A DNA stretch of 64,000 nt from Tubiluchus corallicola. Its lineage: Eukaryota; Animalia; Priapulida. This document shows positions 55,285 to 64,000 of the stretch, one piece after another; positions within the stretch are counted from its first letter, which is position 1; the number at the start of each line of letters is the position of its first letter. The stretch lies in assembly GCA_030141605.1 (NCBI GenBank), contig JAQGDQ010000813.1, positions 29,019-93,018 on the forward strand, read 5' to 3'. Position numbers and translations under genes: made by a program. Under the pieces are notes generated by a model, which made no database searches, had not been told where the DNA came from, and saw only the letters and a list, made by a program, of their open reading frames with translations.

Positions 55285-56229
55285 ATGTCAAATATTATTT
55301 TGTTTATATTCATTATGAATTGTATAGTCCTACATTGTGACAGTCAGTCAATCATGGAAAACTCAACAGACAACAACGCGAATCGATCAGATGGAAATGT
55401 ATTCACCCGGCAATACCAATATTTTTTTTATGTAGTTTACGTTGCGAAACATATTATAGCAGCATTTATTGAATTATCTAATTTGATAGTTATTATATCT
55501 CTTGTGAAGTATAAACACATGGAAGCCTATAACAACTGGTACATATGTAATCTCGCAGTGGCAGACTTGCTAACAGGATTGTATCTGCATGTTCTTTCAT
55601 ATAAACTTCACTATCAATATAACACGTTGTCAGAAGGTGAATGCTTACTATTGTATCAGATTTCCACGATTTTTATTTATGTGTCAACGGCAATGTTATT
55701 GGCTGTTACAATAGACCGTTTTATTGTGATAAAATACCCACTAAGGTACAATCAACTGATGAAAAAATGGATAGTTCAGCTTACTATTGTGGTTTTGTGG
55801 TTGCATTCACTCGGTCTAAGCGCCATGATATATCTTCAAGACAGCTGGAAGGATAGCTGTGCATTTTTGAATCGGAACTTCATTATCCTGAATTTTATAT
55901 ATTGCATAATCATTACAACAGTTTTGCTGGTTATAAATGCCAACATTATATATATTGCTCGTAAGCACATGCGCCAGATTGAATCAAATGCAGCAAGACC
56001 ATACAAGCGTAATATAAAATCAGTCAAGATTATTGCTTTAGTTGTTGGTACTTTCGTTTTGTGCTATTTTCCAGCAACTATCGTAAATATCAGTAAGATG
56101 TTTGTTGCACAAAATGAAGATGACATTGTAGCAATCCAGGCTATTAGCATCTGTGCTCTGCTGATGTATAGCAATTCATTTATGAACCCGATAATTTATG
56201 CATGGAAAAACAAAGAGCTTCGAAAATAG
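55285..56229 (+). CDS. Class A GPCR copy G5, type B, C-terminally truncated (possible pseudogene)
   Basis: TCG>TAG at 56227-56229 in helix 8; the ancestral tail is still readable to the stop at 56295. Confidence 0.85.
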   Translation: MSNIILFIFIMNCIVLHCDSQSIMENSTDNNANRSDGNVFTRQYQYFFYVVYVAKHIIAAFIELSNLIVIISLVKYKHMEAYNNWYICNLAVADLLTGLYLHVLSYKLHYQYNTLSEGECLLLYQISTIFIYVSTAMLLAVTIDRFIVIKYPLRYNQLMKKWIVQLTIVVLWLHSLGLSAMIYLQDSWKDSCAFLNRNFIILNFIYCIIITTVLLVINANIIYIARKHMRQIESNAARPYKRNIKSVKIIALVVGTFVLCYFPATIVNISKMFVAQNEDDIVAIQAISICALLMYSNSFMNPIIYAWKNKELRK

Positions 56230-57582
56230 TTCTATAAAGTGCTTTGCTTGGACGCCTTGAAAGAATTCTCAACACGAATATCCACAACCACCTAGTGAGT
56301 GATGCCACCACATCTTTCAACTTTATCACACACTTTGTTCAAAAATGAATATAACTGACATGGTTTCCATACAATGCATGATTGCTGCAACAATGTGTCT
56401 GTTTATAAATATCTGCACCATGTGCATAACTCGTAGATGAATCAGAAAAAACAGACTTAACCAACAATCTGAACAACATCAGCAATCTAATCTAATCAAA
56501 CTTTGCAATTTATACAAAATTTAACTTCAAATTGAAAGCCAATTCTATTAACAGATTAAACAAAATGGGAGATCAAGTTTATTTGCAGCCTGCGCAAAAC
56601 ATCCAAAGCAAGGGTTCATTTATTATGTTCATAGTTGGGACAGGAAGTTGGCTCATTATTAATGATACTCATCCGCATGAGATACTGAACTGACAAAAGT
56701 GTCTTAGCCAAGCTGAGATATCCGGATCAAATACCCCAAGAAGATAAAAACTAATAGTCTTCCCATTAACACTACTCATTACTGATAACTTCAAAAAACA
56801 ACATCGAGTATTAATATAAACCATGTACGTTGGCATCAACAATAACAAGTATTGATTGTCTGCCACTAGATCTAACACCCATTCACAATGGATCTCGCAC
56901 ACAAGTAATATTGATCCAAAGGAATTCTAACAGTTTCCTGTTTGAAATGCAATTTTTAATGGTGCATCTATAAAAATATTTTTTCCTTGCAAATGAAAGC
57001 CACTGTTTCAATTCTCAGTATCTTTTCAAACAGCTTCGAGTAAATTGGCCATAAAACACATACGAGTTCATGTTGAATCATGTTTAGTCAGGCAAAAACA
57101 TGACAATATCTCAGCCAGTGTTTCTGATTGTTATAGCGTACAAAGTGCTGGATATAGTTTATAAAATTGATCAGGAAAGTGAGCTGAACAAGCATCAAGT
57201 AAATGTACGAAAACAAAACAAGTAAAGATACATGTGTCCTTTTCACAAGACACCTCTAAAAGTCAATATTTACCACACACACACATATATGCGCATGTAT
57301 AAATATCCTATTTCCTATTACATGTCACAACCTAGTTAAACTGTTTGGTAACACGTTTCTTTTATAATGGCCCAGCAATTACACACATTGTGGCAGGTTC
57401 GATTACATAAACATCACCAACTTTCAGCCACTTGCACTGTTAATAACGAAACAATACTACATTTATATAACCGTGTTGTGATTAATGTATTTCACGCCAC
57501 TTCATATAAAGGGTCAATGAAGATACAGTTTAAAAACTGATTACAAAATACTGTATTGTTGTGTGTACAGGAAACTTGTAAG

Positions 57583-58653
57583 ATGTCAAATATTATTTTG
57601 TTTATATTCATTATGAATTGGATAGTTCTGTATTGTGACAGTCAGACAATCATGGAAAACTCAACAGACAACAACAAGAATCAATCAGATGCAAATGTAT
57701 TCACTTGGCAATACCAATATTTTTTTGATGTAGCTTACGTTGTGAAACATATTATAGCAGCCTTTATTGAACTATCTAATTTGATAGTTATTATAGCTCT
57801 TGTGAAGTATAAACACATGGAAGACTATAACAACTGGTACATATGTAATCTCGCAGTGGCAGACTTGCTAACAGGATTGTATGTGCACATTCTTTCATAT
57901 AAACTCCACTATCAATATAACACGTTGTCAGACGGTGAATGTTTACTATTGTATCAGATTTCCACGATTCTTATTTATGTGTCAACGGCAACATTATTGG
58001 CTGTTACAATAGACCGTTTTATTGTCATAAAATACCCACTAAGGTACAATCAACTGATGAAAAAATGGATAGTTCAGCTTACTATTGTGGTTTTGTGGTT
58101 GCACTCACTCGGTCTAAGTACTGTGATATATCTTCAAGACAGCTGGAAGGATAGCTGCTCGTTTTCAAATTGGAATTTCATTATTGTGAATTGTATATAT
58201 TGCATAACCATTACAACAGTTTTGCTGGTTATAAATGCCAACATTATATATATTGCTCATAAGCACATGCGCCAGATTGAACCAAATGCAGCAAGATCAT
58301 ACAAGCGTAATATAAAACCATTCAAGATTATTGCTTTAGTTGTTGGTACTTTCATTTTGTGCTATTTTCCAGTAACTATCGTAAATATCAGGAAGATGTT
58401 TGTCGCACAAAATGAAGATGACATTGTATCAATCCAGGCTCGTAGCATTTGCGTTCTGCTGATGTATAGCAATTCATTTATGAATCCGATAATTTATGCA
58501 TGGAAAAATAAAGAACTTCGAAAATCGTTCTGTAAAGTGCTTTGCTTGGACATCTTGAAAAACACTCAATACGAGTTTTTACAAACAATCAGTGAGTTAC
58601 ACCATCATATCATTCAATTTATTACGCATTTTGTTCAAAAATGTATGGTATGA
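57583..58653 (+). CDS. Class A GPCR copy G6, type B, frameshifted extended C-tail
   Basis: All 7 TM intact; 1-nt deletion at about 58560 relative to G7 (ttgaaa-aacactc vs ttgaaagaacactc). Confidence 0.87.
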   Translation: MSNIILFIFIMNWIVLYCDSQTIMENSTDNNKNQSDANVFTWQYQYFFDVAYVVKHIIAAFIELSNLIVIIALVKYKHMEDYNNWYICNLAVADLLTGLYVHILSYKLHYQYNTLSDGECLLLYQISTILIYVSTATLLAVTIDRFIVIKYPLRYNQLMKKWIVQLTIVVLWLHSLGLSTVIYLQDSWKDSCSFSNWNFIIVNCIYCITITTVLLVINANIIYIAHKHMRQIEPNAARSYKRNIKPFKIIALVVGTFILCYFPVTIVNIRKMFVAQNEDDIVSIQARSICVLLMYSNSFMNPIIYAWKNKELRKSFCKVLCLDILKNTQYEFLQTISELHHHIIQFITHFVQKCMV

Positions 58654-59077
58654 CTATGTAAATGTCATGGTTGCCATACAATGCATGATTGCAGTAACAA
58701 TGAGTCTGTTTGTAAATGTCTACATTGTGCATCAAACATACATGCATCAGAAGAACTGGATGCAACCAACGATCCAAACATCATCATCAGCAATAAATTA
58801 AGATTAATCAAGATTGAGAGATACTAAATTGTTTGATGTAAGCCTAGTCTTCATTTCATTGTTTTCAGTTTATGGAAAGAACTAACAGTTGAGCTGCATC
58901 TGATAATAAAGTAAATTCACTAAAACGTTTCATTTCTTTGTTTCTATTGTACAAAAACGATTAAATGTGAGCTTCATAACGTAAGCTTGTTAAGTGTAAT
59001 CTTAGTTTTGGCCTTTGAAAAAATTTACATCAGGTTGTGTAATGCTTATTGCTTTACAGCAAGATTGCTTTAATTGT

Positions 59078-59240
59078 GGGCACTTTCATTTTGTGCTATT
59101 TTCCAGTAACTATCCTAAATATGAGGAAGATGTCTGTCACACAAAATGAAGATGACATTGTTCATTTTGCGTCAACGACCAATGTCATAAAACAAAGAGC
59201 TTCGAAAATCGTTCTATAAAGTGCTTTATTTGGACATTTC
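59078..59240 (+). pseudogene. GPCR gene fragment (TM6-ECL3 joined to helix 8, TM7 missing)
   Basis: actttcattttgtgctattttccagtaactatc...caaaatgaagatgacattg followed shortly by aaacaaagagcttcgaaaatcgttctataaagtgc, both matching the intact copies. Confidence 0.85.
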
Positions 59241-60762
59241 GAAAAAAATTCTTCAGGAGGAATTCTAATGACTAGTATGCTCTTGCACGACGTCTTTCTG
59301 CTTTAACACCACTTTCTTCAATAATGCACGTAAGCAGTTGGAATGGTTCCAAATAATGGAAAATTCTTGTAACAATGTTGAAGTTTGTAAATATCTGCAT
59401 CATTTGCAAACCTCGCACACGCATTAGAAAAATGAGATGTAACCACCAGTCTGACCATCGTCATCAACCAAGTTTGTGGAAAAGAGAATGAACTAATAGC
59501 AAGCCGTATCAGCTAGTAATGTAAATTCACAAGACACCTGATTGTATTTTGTCTTTGTTTTATAGAAAGGACTAACAGCATGCTGTAAATATATTAGATG
59601 TAGTTTTGCTTTTCTTAATTTAATTCAATGGAATAAAAGAATTAACGACAGGTTGCTAAAAAAGCTAAGGTATAGTTTTCATTTCATTGTCCTTGTTTAA
59701 AGAAAAGGACAATTTCAAGCTACATAAAGTTAATGTTTAAATGTAAAGGACCAACAACAAGCTGCATAATATAAATCCTAGACGTCGTCTTAACTTTTAC
59801 ATTTTCACGTTACAGGAAAACAGTGAGTTGTACAATGTACACTTGGTAGATGTAGTTTTGTTCCTTAAAAAGTAAAAACACGTTGTGTAACATAAGTTTA
59901 TTGGATGCAGTTTTTGTTTCTTTGTTTTCATTTTACATAAGATCAACAGTGATGTAATTTAGTGTAAATTTACTAAATGCGATTTCCATTTTCTTACATT
60001 CAATTTACATTCTTACCTGCCATGCTGGATAATTGCCTGATACATACAGTAATGTAAGCATCTTTTATTTGGTTTAATTTTTTACCTTTAACATGTCTTG
60101 CAAGTGCTGGCTGTTCCAACCACTATTTCGTTTTTATTGTTTGTTTGTGCATTGTTATTTCGTTAAAAATAGCAATAAAATTTCAATTACATCCAATTAA
60201 ATTAAAATTTGGACTGCCTTTATAATGAGAAAAGCTGTAGTAAATAATTAATGAAAGAATATATCAGCTCATTTATTGGAAATTTAAATAAAGTTACATT
60301 ACTTTCGTTTTTGTTTTATTATACTGGTGTAACTTTCTAATAATCTACAAACATATTGTTGCACGCAGATGCCACTCGCTTTAGAGTATTATAGGCATTA
60401 TGTAAACAAGTAAACAAATTCTACACAAGCGTCCATTTCGATTCACGAGATCACTAACAGCTAATATCCACGCATGTGCATATTTATTTGCCGTTAAAAG
60501 GCAGAAACTAGACCTAGCTAGAGGCCATTTAGTGACACACTGGGCTCAAGAATAAAGCACATAATTAATGTTATGGTAAATTAGCTACATAAGCACCACC
60601 AATTCCTCACCTTCAAAGTGAGAAATGCAGTCATGCTACGTTTATATAACTGTGTTGTAACTATTGTAGTTGTGCTCTTGGCAAAGAGATAACAAAAATA
60701 TAATCTAAAAACTGATTGTAGAATACTCTACGTTGCATGAACAACAAACTCCGACTTGGAAG

Positions 60763-61776
60763 ATGTCACTCGCTATTTTGCTTATATTCACTATAAACTG
60801 GATAGCCATACATGGTGGCAGTCAGACAGTCATAGAAAATTCAACATACAACAACGTGAATCGATCAGATGGACACATATCCACTTGGCAATACCAATAT
60901 TTTTTTGATGTAGCTTACGTTGTGAAACATATTATAGCAGCAGTTACTGAACTATCTAATTTAATAGTTATTATAGCCCTTGTGAAGTACAAACATATGG
61001 AAGAGTATAAAAACTGGTACATATGTAACCTCACAGTGGCAGACTTGTTAACAGGATTGAGCCTGCACGTTCTGACATATAAACTCCACTGTCAATATAA
61101 CACGTTGTCAGAGGGTGAATGTTTACTATTGTATCAGATTTCCATCATTTTTAGTTACGTGTCAGTGGCAACATTATTGGCTGTTACAATAGACCGTTTT
61201 ATTGTCATAAAATACCCACTAAGGTACAATCAACTGATGAAAAAATGGATAGTTCAGCTTACTATTGCGGTTTTGTGGTTGCACTCACTCGGTCTAAGTG
61301 CCATGATATATCTCAAAGACAGCTGGAAGAATAGCTGTGCATTTCCAAATCGGAACTTCATTATCATGCATTTTATATATTGTGTAATCATTACAGCAGT
61401 TTTGCTGGTTATAAATGCCAACATTATATATATTGCTCGAAGGCACATGCGCCAGATTGAACCAAATGCAGCAAGATCATACAAGCATAATGTGAAATCA
61501 GTAAAGATTCTTGCTTTAGTTGTTGGTACTTTCATCTTGTGCTATTTTCCACTAAGTATCATAAATATCAGGAAGATCTCTGTTGCACAAAATGAAGATG
61601 ACATTGTTTCATTCCAGGCTCGTAGCATTTGCATTCTGCTGATGTATAGCAATTCATTTATGAACCCGATAATTTATGCATGGAAAAACAAAGAGCTTCG
61701 AAAGTCGTTCTATAAAGTGCTTTGCTTGGACATCTTGAAAGAACACTCAATACGAATTTTCACAACCAATCAGTGA
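60763..61776 (+). CDS. Intronless class A GPCR, copy G7, type A
   Basis: Same motifs; ATG 60763 (MSLAILL). Confidence 0.92.
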   Translation: MSLAILLIFTINWIAIHGGSQTVIENSTYNNVNRSDGHISTWQYQYFFDVAYVVKHIIAAVTELSNLIVIIALVKYKHMEEYKNWYICNLTVADLLTGLSLHVLTYKLHCQYNTLSEGECLLLYQISIIFSYVSVATLLAVTIDRFIVIKYPLRYNQLMKKWIVQLTIAVLWLHSLGLSAMIYLKDSWKNSCAFPNRNFIIMHFIYCVIITAVLLVINANIIYIARRHMRQIEPNAARSYKHNVKSVKILALVVGTFILCYFPLSIINIRKISVAQNEDDIVSFQARSICILLMYSNSFMNPIIYAWKNKELRKSFYKVLCLDILKEHSIRIFTTNQ

Positions 61777-63485
61777 GTTACGCCACCATATCGTTCAATT
61801 TTATCATGCATTTTGTTCAAAAATGTATGGTATGACTATGTAAATGTCATGGTTGCCATACAATGCATGATTGCAGCAACAATGAGTCTGTTTGTAAATG
61901 TCTACATTATGTGCATCACTCATACTCAAACATGCATCAGAAAAACTGGATGTAACCAAAGATTCGAACATCATTATCATCAATAAACTGAGTTTAATCA
62001 AAATTGTTTGACACTAAATCATGTGATGTAAGACGAGTCTTCATTTCATTGTCTTCAGTTTATGGAAAGTGAAGTGCATCTGATAAAAAAGTAAATTTAT
62101 CAACACTAATTATAATTTCTTTGATTTTCTTTTCACAGAATGAACTAACAGTGGGCTGCTAGAATGGATTAGTTGTAGTTTTCATGTCTTTGATTCTGTT
62201 GTATAAAAAGGATTAAATGTGAGCTTCATAACATAAGCTTGTTAAGTGTAATCTAGTCTTGGCCTTTGAAAAGATTTACAGCAGGTTGTGTAAAAAAATG
62301 TAAATTTGTTAGGCATAACCTTCATTTTCATATCATGAAGGAATTGCATAACGTAAATCTAGCAGATGTAGTTTTTAAGTTTATATTTCGTCAGGTCATC
62401 TGAGTTGGTCACAATTTATCTTTTTAGTGGCCAAACTTTGCTATTTATACAAATCCATTTCTATCAACAGATTAAAAAAAAGCGATCAAGAGGTGATGCT
62501 TATCTGCAGTCTGTGTGAAATATTCAATGACGAAAGGGTTTATTTATTACGTTGATGGTTTGCGGAAGGAATGTAACTCATTATTAAGGATATTCATCTG
62601 CATGAGATAGTGCAGTGACAAAGATTTGCAGCAGTGAAAGAATTTCTAGCTAAATTCAGATGTCCCTGAACAAGATAAAAACTAATGGTCGTTTCATTAA
62701 TACTACTCGTTAGTGATAACTTTATAAAACAACGTGGAGCATTAATATAAATTTTGTATGTTGGCATCAACAATTACAGCTATTGATTGCCTGCCACCAG
62801 GTCTAACACGCATTCACACTGGACCTTGCACACTTGCAACTAATATCGATCCAAATGAATTCTAACACTTTTTTGTTTGAAACGTAACTTTCATTGATGC
62901 ATCCATAAAAATCTTTTTCCTTTGAAAGCCACCATTTCAATTCTCGATATATTTTCAAATAGCTGTGAGTAAATTGGCCACAAATCAAACACTAGTTCAT
63001 GTTGACTTATGCTTAATCGATGTCAGCCCATGTTTCTGATTGTTATAGCACACAAAATGCTGGATGGCGTTTATAACAATGATCAGGTAAGTGAGCTGAT
63101 CAAGCATACAAGTAAATGTAAGTAAACAAGTTAAGTAAACCTACACATGTGTCCTTCTCAATACAAGACACAGCTAAAAGCCGATATTTACACACCGACA
63201 CACGCACGCATATATATAAATATGTTTTCCCATTGTATGTCACAGTCTAGTTAAACTGTTTGTTAACACATTACTTTTTTAATGGTCTAGCAATTACACA
63301 CATTATAGCAGATTCGGCTACATAAACCACACCAATTATCAGCCGCTTCCACTGTTAATGCTCGATTATAAAACCGTGCTCTGACAAACGTATTTTGTTC
63401 CATTTCATATAACGGGTAAACGAACATACAGTTTAAAAACTGATTACAAAATACTGTATTGTTGTGTGTACAGGAAACTTGTAAG

Positions 63486-64000
63486 ATGTCAAATATTATT
63501 TTGTTTAAATTCATTATGAATTGGATAGTTCTGTATTGTGACAGTCAGACAATCATGGAAAACTCAACAGACAACAACAAGAATCGGTCAGATGGACACA
63601 TATACACTTGGCAATACCAATATTTTTTTGATGTAGTTTACGTTGTGCAACAAATTATAGCAGCATTTATTGAACTATCTAATTTGATAGTTATTATAGC
63701 TCTTGTGAAGTACAAACACATGGAAGATTATAACAACTGGTACATATGTAATCTCGCAGTGGCAGACTTGCTAACAGGAATGTATCTGCACGTTCTTTCA
63801 TATAAACTCCACTATCAATATAACACGTTGTCAGAGTGTGAATGTTTACTATTGTATCAGATTTCCATGGTTTTTAGTTATATGTCAGTGGCAACATTAT
63901 TGGCTGTTACAATAGACCGTTTTATTGCCATAAAATACCCACTAAGGTGCAATCAACTGATGAAAAAATGGATAGTTCAGCTTACTATTGTGGTTTTGTG
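63486..64000 (+). CDS. Class A GPCR copy G8, type B, cut by window end in TM4
   Basis: ATG 63486 MSNIILFKFIMNW..., reads open by eye through IDRFIAIKYPLRCNQLMKKWIVQ to the window edge. Confidence 0.85.
   Translation, partial: MSNIILFKFIMNWIVLYCDSQTIMENSTDNNKNRSDGHIYTWQYQYFFDVVYVVQQIIAAFIELSNLIVIIALVKYKHMEDYNNWYICNLAVADLLTGMYLHVLSYKLHYQYNTLSECECLLLYQISMVFSYMSVATLLAVTIDRFIAIKYPLRCNQLMKKWIVQLTIVVL

Noticed and set aside
46930-56902. A 77-aa minus-strand ORF (MCEIHCEW...) open in five repeat units
   Set aside because: Non-ATG start, differences between copies look mostly amino-acid changing, no convincing splice sites, and the homologous region near 62590 is broken by indels; persistence is explained by recent duplication.
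46099-61535. Repeated antisense ORFs (MKVPT...) and +1 frame ORFs (MFTIVSDF...) overlapping the GPCRs
   Set aside because: Shadow frames of near-identical coding sequence; lengths vary among copies and no recognisable domain.

Overview
AT-rich invertebrate (metazoan) genomic DNA with three main parts. (1) 646-34807, + strand: the 3' portion of a papilin (lacunin/MIG-6-type) extracellular-matrix gene. I can reconstruct 42 exons by hand: 16 single-exon Kunitz domains alternating with 16 short T/E/P-rich linker exons, then an antistasin-like Cys module, a CxxxxxxCxxxxxxCIKAPC module, a papilin Cys-rich (FGCCPD) repeat, three Ig domains (two exons each) and the terminal PLAC domain. All 32 array exons are symmetric phase 1. 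13 of 16 Kunitz exons use the rare AAG 3' splice site, versus 1 of 26 other exons, and many are followed by intronic TGCT clusters; this suggests a regulated combinatorial cassette-splicing array. (2) 39155-41823, - strand: the last three exons of an unidentified convergent gene (YYDNV motif, C-terminus WYEYGCV), whose next upstream exon is not visible in the remaining 22 kb. (3) 45548-64000, + strand: apparently inside that intron, a tandem array of at least 8 intronless class A GPCR genes plus one fragment, in an A-B-B higher-order pattern, with mosaic sequences and variation focused on TM3/ECL2-TM5/TM6-TM7. Also present: a 5'-truncated RTE-type LINE, several MITEs, two minisatellites and microsatellites. 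All exon calls are manual, without transcript evidence.
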